Virus record (IMG/VR): IMGVR_UViG_3300049629_001705 | Source of the DNA: an uncultured virus (IMG/VR IMGVR_UViG_3300049629_001705) | Taxonomy: Duplodnaviria; Heunggongvirae; Uroviricota; Caudoviricetes | Direction: 5' to 3' (one strand) | Length of the DNA: 64,000 nucleotides | In this document: in pieces, positions 26,720-37,538 of the stretch | Numbering within the stretch: the stretch's first letter is position 1 | Layout: every line of letters begins with the position of its first letter | The notes under the pieces: model-generated | What the model saw: the letters and a program-made list of their open reading frames with translations, nothing else | Databases searched by the model: none | Told to the model about the DNA's origin: nothing | Position numbers and translations under genes: made by a program

Positions 26720-26962
26720 ATGTCAGTAATCAAAGAAACAATAGAAGGTACTAGAATTATAAATGAGATAAAGTCATCTAATTTGAAAAAAACCGAATAT
26801 GACACAGAGACAAAAATGATGGTTGTTGAATTTTTGAATGGTTCAAGATATCAATACGAAGATGTACCACATCAAATATATACAAGATTTAGGTTGTCCG
26901 AATCTCAAGGGAAATTTTTTTCAACCGAAATTTCCAAAAAATACAAATTCAAAAAACTATAA
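26720..26962 (+). CDS. KTSC domain protein
   Basis: SSNLKKTEYD...VEFLNGSRYQYEDVP...SQGKFF. Confidence 0.9.
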   Translation: MSVIKETIEGTRIINEIKSSNLKKTEYDTETKMMVVEFLNGSRYQYEDVPHQIYTRFRLSESQGKFFSTEISKKYKFKKL

Positions 26963-26983
26963 TTTTCGCAGTATTTATTGTGG

Positions 26984-28963
26984 ATGAATAAGTTTCAAAA
27001 AATTTTAGATAGTTTTTCTTTACAAGAAAATTTAAATCCCAAGGTATGGGATAATTACGAAGATATTGACAAGGCGTCTCTGAAACCTAATATAAGAAAA
27101 AAATTATTAGAAATTGCTGACGAATTTTCAGATAATTTAGGGGATGACGTTTTTGTTGAAGATATTGTTTTGATGGGTTCGTTGGCCAATTATAATTGGT
27201 CAGAATTTTCTGACTTTGATTTACATTTATTGGTAGATTTCGAAAAATACGGGAAAGAGGAAGATTTATATAGAGAAATGTTTGATTTGAAAAAAGATAA
27301 ATTCAACAACAAACATGAAATTACCATTTATGGATACGATGTAGAAGTTTATGCTCAAGGAGCTGATGATGAGCATTCAAGTAGTGCGGTCTATTCAATT
27401 ATGAATGATGAATGGATTCAAAAACCCAAAAAAGAAAATGCGGAAGTAGATTTTGATTTCTTGAAAAAGAAAGTTAAAGGATGGATTTCAAAAATTGATG
27501 ATACTATCGAAAGTGAAGATATTGAAAAAATGAAATCTCTTAAAGAAAAAATAAAAAAATATCGGAAAGCCGGATTAGAAAGAGAGGGTGAATTTTCATA
27601 TGAAAACTTGGTATTCAAATTTCTTAGAAGGTCGGAAATGATTGGTAAACTTTTTGGGGCTTTAAACAAAGAAAAAGATAGAAAACTTTCCATCGAATCC
27701 AAATTAAATGAACAAACACAAAGTGACAGATTATTCGGCTCTTCTGAGGTTGAAATTCCAATTGATGGTGCTCATGCAGGTCAAAGTGGATGGCCGAGTG
27801 CTAATGCTTGGGACATAAAAGCACCAATTGGAGAACCTGTATATGCAATTGCTAACGGCACTGTAACCACTTTTGAAGATTATGGGCCGAAAATAATCAA
27901 AACGAATGGTAAAAAATTATATGGTGCAGGATTTACGGTTAAAAGTACTGATGGTTTACCAAATGTTTTTTATACACATTTACAAAACGTTCAGGTTCGA
28001 AAGGGCTCATCTGTTCAGTGTGGACAGTTATTAGGTTATGTCATGGATATGCCTGGTAGTTCTTATGACCACGTGCACATCGGGGTAGAATGGGGACATA
28101 ACATCAGAGAATTTTTAAATGATGATGGTACACTAAAATGCTCCAAAGGTAGTATTCAAGCGGCACCAAAGTCTGAGAGAAAGAAAAAATTTAATAAAGA
28201 ACAAGAGATGGTTTGGAACACATTGTCAGACTCTGTTTTTTTGAAAAAAATAATGTCATATGTTCAAGATGGATTATATTTTGAATATACACCTGGTCAA
28301 AAAATTCCTTATGAACAACCAGTAGAAGTTATACAGTCTGGTTTACAATTTTTAGGGTTTTCATTACCAAAATACGGAGTGGATGGAAAGTACGGACCTG
28401 AAACTCAAGGAGCAGTGAAAGATTTTCAATCGAGTAACGGTTTACCACAAACAGGAATTTTCGGTGTAGAAGACTCAAAATATCTTTTAGCGATGTTGAT
28501 ACAGAAAGGGTTTTCTGATTCTAACTTGAGGGGTTTACAGTACGAAAGGGATTTTGATTTAGAATATAAAGCAGACCAAGAATTTTATGAAACCTTACTG
28601 AGAAAATTGGGTGCCCCTATTACAAATGAAAATATGAAATTTTTACTTGCTTGGAGACAAGCTGAGGGCAAAGCGGGAAACTTCAACCCATTCAATACCA
28701 CTCACAAGCTAGAAAATTCAACTGATTTTAATTCTGTAGGAGTTCAAAATTATCAAACATTAGATGATGGAATGTATGCAACTCTCAGGACCTTGACGAA
28801 TGGGAGGTACAATTGTATTGTATCAGGCTTGATAAATGATATTGGCGCATCGGAAATTGCTAAATGTTCCTCTTTGAAGACATGGGGAACAGGGGATTTA
28901 GTTGAAAAAGTGATTGATGGTTATGAGAATGGTGCATCGATTAAAAGCCCAAGTCTCAGATAA
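26984..28963 (+). CDS. Fusion: pol-beta-type nucleotidyltransferase + M23 peptidase + PG-binding + lysozyme-like domain
   Basis: GSLANYNWSEFSDFDLH; YTHL and HVHIG; VDGKYGPETQGAVKDFQ; AWRQAEG...NPFNTT. Confidence 0.7.
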   Translation: MNKFQKILDSFSLQENLNPKVWDNYEDIDKASLKPNIRKKLLEIADEFSDNLGDDVFVEDIVLMGSLANYNWSEFSDFDLHLLVDFEKYGKEEDLYREMFDLKKDKFNNKHEITIYGYDVEVYAQGADDEHSSSAVYSIMNDEWIQKPKKENAEVDFDFLKKKVKGWISKIDDTIESEDIEKMKSLKEKIKKYRKAGLEREGEFSYENLVFKFLRRSEMIGKLFGALNKEKDRKLSIESKLNEQTQSDRLFGSSEVEIPIDGAHAGQSGWPSANAWDIKAPIGEPVYAIANGTVTTFEDYGPKIIKTNGKKLYGAGFTVKSTDGLPNVFYTHLQNVQVRKGSSVQCGQLLGYVMDMPGSSYDHVHIGVEWGHNIREFLNDDGTLKCSKGSIQAAPKSERKKKFNKEQEMVWNTLSDSVFLKKIMSYVQDGLYFEYTPGQKIPYEQPVEVIQSGLQFLGFSLPKYGVDGKYGPETQGAVKDFQSSNGLPQTGIFGVEDSKYLLAMLIQKGFSDSNLRGLQYERDFDLEYKADQEFYETLLRKLGAPITNENMKFLLAWRQAEGKAGNFNPFNTTHKLENSTDFNSVGVQNYQTLDDGMYATLRTLTNGRYNCIVSGLINDIGASEIAKCSSLKTWGTGDLVEKVIDGYENGASIKSPSLR

Positions 28964-29007
28964 TTAGATTATTTCTCAAAACTCTTATATTTATAAAGAA
29001 AAATTAG

Positions 29008-30036
29008 ATGGCCTTAGTAACATATCTTTTAGGACCCTGTTCTGGTGGTTCTGCGATTTTAGTAGATTTTGATAGTTCGTCACTTCCTGCGGTGAATGGT
29101 AACTATTATTTGACTTTTACAGGGGCAACTCCTGAGGGATGTTATGATATAATTGACAATGCTGAGCCTGCTACAGGTGTCGATAAAGTTCTTACCATGT
29201 CATCTAATTATGGTGATTGTGGCACATGTTTAGTGGTCCCAACCCCTACTCCAACAGCTTCAGTCACACCAACCCAAACATCTTCGCAAACTCCAACTCC
29301 GACAAAGACACCAACACAAACACCAACTCCGACAAAGACACCAACACAAACACCAACTAATACAGCAACAAATACAGCAACACCAACTAATACATCTACT
29401 CCAACACAAACGCCAACTAATACAGCAACTAACACGGCATCTCCAACACAAACGCCAACTAATACAACAACAAATACAGCAACACCAACTAATACACCTA
29501 CTCAAACTCAAACCCCTACCAATACATCAACTAATACACCGACACCAACAAAGACTCCTACTCAAACTCAAACCCCTACCAATACATCAACTAATACACC
29601 GACACCAACAAAGACTCCGACACCGACTCCAACTCCTCCTGGTTTTTGGGAAATCGTGGATTGTTTCGGTACTTCATCTATTGTTGAAATTTCAGGTGTA
29701 TCCCCAAGTATTGGAGAAATGTATTTATTCACATTTGACAATAACAATTTAGATTATAATTGTTATTTTGTCACCGATACAAGTTACGGTCCGATAGTTG
29801 CTACTGCAATATACAATGATGGTCCATTTGTTGATTGTGCTGAATGTGGTGTGGTATATACTGGAACCTCAGTGAATCAAAATTATGAATATACTGCGGG
29901 TATGTTAGGTTCTTTCAGTGGCGGAACATTACCACCAGGAACACAAGTACCTCATCCGGGATATGCAACTCAAAACGGAATAGCAATCCAACTAAACGCC
30001 ATAACATTAGGAGGATTTAACGGACTCAATAATTAA
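29008..30036 (+). CDS. Thr/Pro-rich mucin-like protein with Cys-containing terminal domains, probably virion-associated
   Basis: TPT repeats flanked by two related Cys domains. Confidence 0.75.
   Translation: MALVTYLLGPCSGGSAILVDFDSSSLPAVNGNYYLTFTGATPEGCYDIIDNAEPATGVDKVLTMSSNYGDCGTCLVVPTPTPTASVTPTQTSSQTPTPTKTPTQTPTPTKTPTQTPTNTATNTATPTNTSTPTQTPTNTATNTASPTQTPTNTTTNTATPTNTPTQTQTPTNTSTNTPTPTKTPTQTQTPTNTSTNTPTPTKTPTPTPTPPGFWEIVDCFGTSSIVEISGVSPSIGEMYLFTFDNNNLDYNCYFVTDTSYGPIVATAIYNDGPFVDCAECGVVYTGTSVNQNYEYTAGMLGSFSGGTLPPGTQVPHPGYATQNGIAIQLNAITLGGFNGLNN
29240..29637 (+). repeat. Coding tandem repeats (TPTQT/TPTNT), including a perfect 60-bp duplication
   Basis: 29497-29556 is identical to 29557-29616. 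Confidence 0.9.
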
Positions 30037-30057
30037 AACATATAAAAAAATATAAAA

Positions 30058-31338
30058 ATGGGAGACTTAAAACCAATAGGGAGTGAAAAACTCACAGGTC
30101 AAGACAAAATCAAAAGAATTCTTGAAATCGCTAAGTATAATGAAACAATTCCGAATTCAGTAAACGAAACGGCAAAATCATTCTATTCAATAAATCTAGC
30201 CGATGGTAATGATTATCAGATTGTAAAAGAAAAACAAGGATATATAATCAAGAAAATAGTTTCTGAGTCTGAGTTAGATTACATAGAGCCTATGAAAAAT
30301 AGGAAGTATTATTCTTCATATTCACAGGCGTTCAAGAGACTAAATCTATTGGCCGGAGAGTTGAATAGATTGAATGAAAATGAAGGTGGAGTAGAATTAT
30401 ATGGTGAACAAAAGAAATTTGTTCTGAAAACTCCTAAACCTGAACCCGTTGATGCAGAACCACCGGCACCACCAGCAGAACCGCCAGCGGTTCCTCAACC
30501 AGAATTACCTGATTCACCTGTTGGAGGGGAAGAAGAAATGGATATGAGTGCTGAAGAAATGCCTGATGGTGAACTTGAATTGGATGCAGATATGGAAATG
30601 GATGATACAGAATCTGCTCCTGAGGGTGAACCTGAAATGGATGATTCTTCAGAAGATATGTCATCGGCATCTGATGAGATGGTAACATTCAAGACAATTC
30701 AAAAATTGACAGGAAAACTTACACAAAAAATTAGAGAGTTTGATAATCAAGACGGGATGACTTCCGAAGACATAAAATATGTAATAAACATGGTTCTTTC
30801 TTCATTAGATTTGAAAAACTTATCTGAGGAAGACAAAGAGGATATCATGTCTAAATTTGAAGATGCGGAAGAAAGACCTGAAGGAGATATGGACACGGAT
30901 ATGTCTGATGATGAATTGTCATTAGATGATGAGGATATTACCTCAGATTCGGAAGTTGAAGATATTGAAGTAGATATGGACAAACCAAAGGCTGAGATGG
31001 GTGAAATGAACTCTGGAAACGGTTCAATACTTGATAGTATCTTCAAAGAATCAAAAGTTGATAAAGTTTTATCAAGATATTTCGAAATCACAAAGAAGGA
31101 AATCTTGGAGTCAAAAGAAAAAAAACAAAGAAAAAGTAAAATACAAGAGGTAACTCTAAGAAAAAAAATGACAGAAGTAGTGAAACTTTCTGAGTCTGTT
31201 AAACAAGAACTTGTCTCAGAAAAATTTTTAAGAGCAAATCCTTCTTTCAATGTTGTTGGTAAAACAAATAAAAAAAATATAGTTTTTGAAAATAACCAAA
31301 AACAAATTAAAATATCACCTGAGGGAGAAATTTTATGA
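30058..31338 (+). CDS. Acidic head-associated hypothetical protein
   Basis: Many LxE/IxE motifs; upstream of terminase. Confidence 0.7.
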   Translation: MGDLKPIGSEKLTGQDKIKRILEIAKYNETIPNSVNETAKSFYSINLADGNDYQIVKEKQGYIIKKIVSESELDYIEPMKNRKYYSSYSQAFKRLNLLAGELNRLNENEGGVELYGEQKKFVLKTPKPEPVDAEPPAPPAEPPAVPQPELPDSPVGGEEEMDMSAEEMPDGELELDADMEMDDTESAPEGEPEMDDSSEDMSSASDEMVTFKTIQKLTGKLTQKIREFDNQDGMTSEDIKYVINMVLSSLDLKNLSEEDKEDIMSKFEDAEERPEGDMDTDMSDDELSLDDEDITSDSEVEDIEVDMDKPKAEMGEMNSGNGSILDSIFKESKVDKVLSRYFEITKKEILESKEKKQRKSKIQEVTLRKKMTEVVKLSESVKQELVSEKFLRANPSFNVVGKTNKKNIVFENNQKQIKISPEGEIL

Positions 31339-31736
31339 GTAAATTGGTTTTCGTTAATGGTTTAGGACCTAACTACAAAGGCGATAACATTTACGAATTC
31401 ATATTTTCTGACGAAAATTTGGAAGATGTTTGGGGAGAAAATTGGGAATCAAAACCAAGTAATGGTTATCCATCACCTCCGAATTTGAAATATATAAAAA
31501 AGGTAGGAGTTTTGAGAAATACTGATGTTAAATTGGAATTGATTCAGAACTCCGATTTTTTTTGTATGATAGATGCCTTAGATGATGTAGTTGCGATGGC
31601 TTGGGAACCTGAAGAAATAAAGGGACATAAAAGAATGATTTTTAGGTTCGGAGAGTCAGAGCAAGTTATAAAAGATAAATTATACGAGAGAGATTTGATT
31701 CTCGAATTTGAAAAGAAAGTTGTATATGAAAATTAA
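31335..31736 (+). CDS. Hypothetical protein
   Basis: ATGA-coupled ORF. Confidence 0.75.
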   Translation: MSKLVFVNGLGPNYKGDNIYEFIFSDENLEDVWGENWESKPSNGYPSPPNLKYIKKVGVLRNTDVKLELIQNSDFFCMIDALDDVVAMAWEPEEIKGHKRMIFRFGESEQVIKDKLYERDLILEFEKKVVYEN

Positions 31737-32568
31737 AATTAAATCATTGGAACTTATTGAAAAAGGAATCCCTTCAAGAACTGTTCTGAAATTGAATGAA
31801 TCTGAAATAAATTTATTACATTCAAAATTATTTGGTGAACAAATACAATCCAAAGGTGCTCCCGTACAAATCAAAAGTACAACACCAAATGCGATTCAAA
31901 CGGTAAAAAACTTATCTACACAGGGGGTTCCTGTTCAGATGATTGAAAAAGAATTAGAGGAAGAGGAAGAAGTTGATATGGACCCAAATCAGAAGAAACA
32001 AACTCAAGACCCACAACAAGTTGGTCCAAGTTCAAACGATGGGTTCGGACCGGATAAAACAGAAGACTCTTCCATGAATGATGATGGTATGTATAATTTT
32101 GAATCGATTGAAGAGTCAAAAAAGAAAAATGCGAAAAATCCCTGGGCTATTTGTACTGCAAAAATGGGAGAAGAATTCGGAACTACGGAAAGAAGTGAGT
32201 GGACAAAAAAACAAAAAGCCAAGTATGAAAGTTGTGTTATGGGTGTGAAAAAATCTTTGGAAGAAAGTAAAAAAAATGTATCTTTGTTTTTAGAAACAGA
32301 AATTCAAAAAATTGTCGAAAGACATCTTTCTCCAAAAATTACAAAAAAAGACCTCATGAAATACTTGAGAGAATCGGAACCAGCTACAGCACCCCCAAAA
32401 CCGGCTACACCTACAAAACCGGCTACACCTACAAAACCAAAACCTAGACCCATGAGACCTGGACAAAATCCTAATCCAGGTGAAAAAGAGTCACCGATGG
32501 CAGTTGAACCAGAAAAAGTCAAAGACAAAGTTATATCTACTATAATGAAAATGTTGAGAAAAAAATGA
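31726..32568 (+). CDS. Hypothetical protein (NPWAICT motif, KPATPT repeat)
   Basis: In the late operon; 18-bp tandem duplication near 32398-32437. Confidence 0.7.
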   Translation: MKIKIKSLELIEKGIPSRTVLKLNESEINLLHSKLFGEQIQSKGAPVQIKSTTPNAIQTVKNLSTQGVPVQMIEKELEEEEEVDMDPNQKKQTQDPQQVGPSSNDGFGPDKTEDSSMNDDGMYNFESIEESKKKNAKNPWAICTAKMGEEFGTTERSEWTKKQKAKYESCVMGVKKSLEESKKNVSLFLETEIQKIVERHLSPKITKKDLMKYLRESEPATAPPKPATPTKPATPTKPKPRPMRPGQNPNPGEKESPMAVEPEKVKDKVISTIMKMLRKK

Positions 32569-33875
32569 AAAAAAGAACATTAGAAGCAATTGATTATGGG
32601 AATTATCCTGAGAGGATGGACCCAAACTTAGAAAGAAAACTTTCAAGTCCCGAAAATTTATATGCTAGCTCACCAGCATTCCAAAAAGGGGTTGAAGATG
32701 TAGAAAGGTTAGCAACAGAACGTTTCAAAACGGTCGTTGATAAGCTGCGTCAAGTCAAAGGGATGGAAAGACTAACTCCTAATGTAATTCAAAGAATTTA
32801 TATGGAGGAGATGAGTAAGGTACCTATGATTTTAAGAATCGAATCTCAACATAGAGAGGAATTGGAAGAATTGGCTAAAGATGTTTGTTTGGATGAAACT
32901 GAGACACCTGAGGATTGGTATCAAATTGAAGCCATGTTAAATAGAGAACCTATTGACGTGGACAATTTTAGATACGAACCCGAAGAACCCGAAGATGAAG
33001 ATGATGAAAATGAAGAAAAAAAACAGAGTTTGAGTTTTGATGATTTTGATATTGAAAATTTGACACCACAAGAAGAGTTTGAGTTAGAGAAACACAAAAG
33101 AAATATTATAAATGCTCTTGTTCAGGGTGCCGCAAAAAAAGGACACTACTTATTTCAAAAACCTGAAGTTAAAACTAAACTTGACGCAATCGACTCAAGA
33201 TTGTACCCAGCTTATTTGGGGGTTATGGCCGTCAATGATTTATTGTATTTCACCATGGAACAAATGATTGAACACATGTCAGCCACAGGAAATGGTGTTG
33301 CCGGTAAAGTATCGTTGGAGGATGCTGATGACAAAGGAGGAGAAGGAGAAGAAGATTCTCAAGATAAACCAGACACCAAAATAGTTGCCGAGGGTTTATT
33401 TTTTCCAATTTTATGTCATGAAATTATTAAAGGAATCAAAAAGGCTAACGCTAGATTTGGTCTACCCAAGGACCCTCAAATGCGTGAAAAAGTGAAAGCA
33501 GCTGTTGATGTTCTCTCTAACGAACCCATGCAGTTGCGGTTAGGACCTCCTGTTGTAGAAAAACTTAGATTTGCGTTACCCGACGAAATGTTTCTTCCTG
33601 AAAATAAAGGTTTGATAAACTGGTTTGAAATCGAATTATACCAAATTCCAAATCGTGAATTTCTTCAAATTTTTGGCGATACAATTTCAAAGATTCCATC
33701 AAAAGTTTCAAAGGCTAAAGAACGTTACAGAGAAATCATGAAAAAAGCGATGGAACTTAAAAAAGAGTATGAAGATTATTTGAAAACTCAAAAGAAAAGT
33801 GATGATTCCGATATTGACGATGACGATAGTTTGGACGACTTCTTGAGTAATTTAGGTATAAGTCGACCCAAATAA
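32565..33875 (+). CDS. Hypothetical protein
   Basis: 436 aa, directly upstream of terminase. Confidence 0.75.
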   Translation: MKKRTLEAIDYGNYPERMDPNLERKLSSPENLYASSPAFQKGVEDVERLATERFKTVVDKLRQVKGMERLTPNVIQRIYMEEMSKVPMILRIESQHREELEELAKDVCLDETETPEDWYQIEAMLNREPIDVDNFRYEPEEPEDEDDENEEKKQSLSFDDFDIENLTPQEEFELEKHKRNIINALVQGAAKKGHYLFQKPEVKTKLDAIDSRLYPAYLGVMAVNDLLYFTMEQMIEHMSATGNGVAGKVSLEDADDKGGEGEEDSQDKPDTKIVAEGLFFPILCHEIIKGIKKANARFGLPKDPQMREKVKAAVDVLSNEPMQLRLGPPVVEKLRFALPDEMFLPENKGLINWFEIELYQIPNREFLQIFGDTISKIPSKVSKAKERYREIMKKAMELKKEYEDYLKTQKKSDDSDIDDDDSLDDFLSNLGISRPK

Positions 33876-33881
33876 TTTTGG

Positions 33882-35645
33882 ATGACGAAAGAACAACTAA
33901 TTATTGAATATACAAAATGCATGAGGAACACTCCGTATGCATTAAAAACTTATTTACAAACTTACGATAACACGGTATCTAAGTACGTTCCTTTAGATTT
34001 ATTTCCTGACCAAGTAAGATTGATTGAAGATTATGATGCTCATAATGAAAATATTGCCCTAAAATACAGACAAGCAGGTGTTTCTACCGTGACAGCAGCT
34101 TGGGCTTCAAAAAAATTAGTTTTCGCAAAAAAACAAAAACCTGAAAAAATTCTAATAATTGCCAATAAACTTGACACTTCCGTCGAGATGGCTAACAAAA
34201 TAAGGTCGTTCACGGAACAATGGCCTGAGTGGGTTGGTATCGGGTTTTCTGCAGAAAAAAACTCACAAAGACATTTCAAACTTTCAAATGATTGTGAAGT
34301 AAAGGCAGTTGCTACATCTAAAGATGCCTTACGTGGTTACACACCTACAATATTAATTTTTGATGAAGCAGCGTTCATTGAGGCGGACAATGATTTTTGG
34401 TCTGCATGTATGGCCTCACTTTCTACAGGTGGTAAAGTTATAGTTGTTTCAACACCAAACGGATATGACCCAATCTATTATGAAATTTATGACCAAGCAC
34501 TCAGAGGAATGAATGAGTTCAAAATTTCAGAAATGTTTTGGTATCGAGACCCGAGATATACAAAAGACCTTTATGTTGTAAAAACAAACGACTTAGTTCA
34601 TTTTCTTCTCAATAGAGAAGACTACGCCAAAGATGTAGTTATTGACCTTTCAATAGAAAATCCATATGAGAGAGACCATTCAATTACAACAGATTACATA
34701 AACAAGGGTTATAAACCATGTTCTGCGTGGTTCGAAGGAATGGTCAAAAAACTAAAATTTGACCGAAGAAAAGTTGCCCAAGAATTGGAGTGTAATTTTT
34801 TGGGTTCAGGTGATAATGTTTTTGAGTCTGAATTGATGCAAAATATTGCAAAAAACAGTCTCCGAGAGCCACAAGCTAAATTGATGGGAAGTTCTCTTTG
34901 GATTTTCAAAGAACCTGAAAATAATCATAAGTACGTAATGGGTGTTGACGTTTCAAGAGGTGATTCTGAGGATTTTTCATGTATAGAAATTATTGACTTT
35001 GATACCAAAGAACAAGTATTAGAATATGTAGGTAAAATCCCTCCAGATGTACTTGCGGAGATTGCTTACAAATGGGGTACAATGTACAGAGCTTACTGTG
35101 TTATTGATATAACTGGTGGAATGGGAATTTCTACTGCCCGAAAAATGCAAGAATTAAACTATGAGGGAGGTTTATATGTTGACAATATAGACCCAAATAA
35201 AAAATGGAAATGGGACCCAAAAGCTAATGAAAAAATACCTGGTATAAATTTTAATTCCAAAAGGGTTCAGATAATTGCATCTCTTGAAGAGGCAGTAAGA
35301 CATGATTTTAAAATCTATTCCAATCGTTTATATAACGAAATGAATACCTTTATTTTTATAAACGGTAGGCCTGACCATCAAAAGGGACACCATGATGATT
35401 GTATAATGGCCATATCTATGGCGATATATGTTGCAGAGAAATCATTTCAATCATTACAAAAAGTTGTCAACCACACTAAAGCAATGCTAAATTCATGGAC
35501 CTCAACCGTAAACGAAAATAAAAACACCTCAGATTATTTTAATCCTATGGTTCCTCAGTCTAATCGTAATTCAGGTATATATCCAACAAACGGTCCAACT
35601 AAGGCCGATTATCAAAAATATGGGTGGTTATTTGGGACCAAATAA
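33882..35645 (+). CDS. terL: Terminase large subunit (T4 gp17-like)
   Basis: KYRQAGVST Walker A, LIFDEAAF Walker B, VSTPNG, GVDVSRG and HDDCIMA nuclease motifs. Confidence 0.95.
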   Translation: MTKEQLIIEYTKCMRNTPYALKTYLQTYDNTVSKYVPLDLFPDQVRLIEDYDAHNENIALKYRQAGVSTVTAAWASKKLVFAKKQKPEKILIIANKLDTSVEMANKIRSFTEQWPEWVGIGFSAEKNSQRHFKLSNDCEVKAVATSKDALRGYTPTILIFDEAAFIEADNDFWSACMASLSTGGKVIVVSTPNGYDPIYYEIYDQALRGMNEFKISEMFWYRDPRYTKDLYVVKTNDLVHFLLNREDYAKDVVIDLSIENPYERDHSITTDYINKGYKPCSAWFEGMVKKLKFDRRKVAQELECNFLGSGDNVFESELMQNIAKNSLREPQAKLMGSSLWIFKEPENNHKYVMGVDVSRGDSEDFSCIEIIDFDTKEQVLEYVGKIPPDVLAEIAYKWGTMYRAYCVIDITGGMGISTARKMQELNYEGGLYVDNIDPNKKWKWDPKANEKIPGINFNSKRVQIIASLEEAVRHDFKIYSNRLYNEMNTFIFINGRPDHQKGHHDDCIMAISMAIYVAEKSFQSLQKVVNHTKAMLNSWTSTVNENKNTSDYFNPMVPQSNRNSGIYPTNGPTKADYQKYGWLFGTK

Positions 35646-35682
35646 CTATTTATATTATTGATTAGACAAGTAAAATTAAAAA

Positions 35683-37515
35683 ATGAGTGAACAGAATTTA
35701 ACGATTTGGCAAAGGTTATCCAAAACCTTTGGACCCAATTCTTTGTTAGGTCAAGATTATCCCACATATAAGTTTGACAAAAAAGTATTATTACGTACAA
35801 CTGACAGAACTGAATATGAGAGGGAAAAGTTACAAGCACAACAAAGTTTTTATTTAGCAAATCAGTGGGCTAAAGTTGAAAACAATCTATACTCTCAGGC
35901 CATTTATTATGAACCATCAAGGTTATCGGCACAATATGATTATGAGTCAATGGAATACACGCCTGAAATTTCCGCAGCTTTGGACATTTATGCTGAGGAA
36001 TCAACAACAACTAATGAAGATGGATTTATTTTGCAAATTTACTCGGAATCTAAAAGAATCAAATCAGTTTTAGCTGACCTTTTCAACAATACTTTAGATA
36101 TAAACACAAATCTACCCATGTGGACAAGAAACACTTGTAAGTATGGTGATAACTTCGTTTATCTTAAATTGGACCCTGAAAAAGGAATTGTTGGTTGTCA
36201 ACAATTACCTACAATCGAAATCGAAAGAAGAGAAGTGGGAACATCACAGAAAATTACAGTTGAACCTGATAAGCCTGAAGATAGAAAAGCACTTCACTTT
36301 GATTGGAAAAATAAAAACATGACATTCCAATCATGGGAAATTGCACATTTTAGATTATTAGGTGATGACAGGAGGTTACCTTACGGTACTTCAATGTTAG
36401 AAAAAGCAAGAAGAATTTGGAAACAATTATTATTATCTGAAGATGCGATGTTGATTTATCGTACTTCTAGAGCACCTGAAAGAAGAATTTTCAAAGTTTT
36501 CGTCGGAAACATGAACGATGATGATGTTGAAGCATATGTACAGCGTGTTGCCAACAAATTCAAGAGGGAACAAATAGTAGATAGTAAAACGGGTCAAGTT
36601 GATATGAGATTTAATCAGATGGCGGTAGACCAAGATTATTTCGTTCCTGTCAGAGACCCAGCAGCACCGAGTCCAATTGACACACTTCCTGGTGCACAAA
36701 ATTTATCAGAAATTGCTGATATTGAATATATTCAGAAAAAATTACTAACAGCTCTTAGAGTTCCTAAAGCATTTTTAGGATTTGAGGAGGTGGTAGGTGA
36801 TGGTAAAAACCTTTCCTTACAAGACATCAGGTTTGCCAGAACAATCAATAGGATTCAAAAAAGTATGCTACAGGAATTAAATAAAATTGCAATTGTACAT
36901 TTATTCCTTTTAGGCTTTGAAGATGAACTTGAGAATTTTACTTTAGGTCTTACAAATCCCTCTACTCAAGCCGACCTACTCAAAATTGATGTTTGGAAAG
37001 AAAAGGTCACACTATATAAAGATATGGTATCTGACCCAGGAGGTGGAATATCTGCAACATCTACAACCTGGGCTAAAAAACATATTTTTGGTTGGTCAGA
37101 TGATGAAGTCAAATTGGATTTACAACAACAAAGATTAGAAAGAGCTGTGGGTGAAGAATTGAAAGCAACACCAACGGTAATAACAAAAACAGGAATATTT
37201 GATAATTTAGACAAACTATATGGGTCAACCACTGGAGGAACTACAACACAATCAGCACCTGAAACAGGAGGATTTGAACCCTCAGGTGCGGAAACAATGG
37301 CACCACCGCCCCCAGAACAACCAGCACCTGAAGCTCCAGCAGCACCTGGAGCAACTCCTGAGGGAGGTGAAGTTACACCAGAATCCAAAACTAAAGAATT
37401 AAATATTTTAGTTGAAAATAACTTTATTGAAGGTCCAACAAACATAGATTTATCACATGGACAAAATTCTTTGGGTGAAATTACAAAGGAGTTAAACAAG
37501 TTACTAAATTCATAA
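35683..37515 (+). CDS. Portal protein (T4 gp20-like)
   Basis: EDAMLIYRTSRAPERRIFKVFVGNM, IDTLPGAQNL, ALRVPKAFL. Confidence 0.95.
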   Translation: MSEQNLTIWQRLSKTFGPNSLLGQDYPTYKFDKKVLLRTTDRTEYEREKLQAQQSFYLANQWAKVENNLYSQAIYYEPSRLSAQYDYESMEYTPEISAALDIYAEESTTTNEDGFILQIYSESKRIKSVLADLFNNTLDINTNLPMWTRNTCKYGDNFVYLKLDPEKGIVGCQQLPTIEIERREVGTSQKITVEPDKPEDRKALHFDWKNKNMTFQSWEIAHFRLLGDDRRLPYGTSMLEKARRIWKQLLLSEDAMLIYRTSRAPERRIFKVFVGNMNDDDVEAYVQRVANKFKREQIVDSKTGQVDMRFNQMAVDQDYFVPVRDPAAPSPIDTLPGAQNLSEIADIEYIQKKLLTALRVPKAFLGFEEVVGDGKNLSLQDIRFARTINRIQKSMLQELNKIAIVHLFLLGFEDELENFTLGLTNPSTQADLLKIDVWKEKVTLYKDMVSDPGGGISATSTTWAKKHIFGWSDDEVKLDLQQQRLERAVGEELKATPTVITKTGIFDNLDKLYGSTTGGTTTQSAPETGGFEPSGAETMAPPPPEQPAPEAPAAPGATPEGGEVTPESKTKELNILVENNFIEGPTNIDLSHGQNSLGEITKELNKLLNS

Positions 37516-37538
37516 TATTTATTTGTAAATCCACAGTA

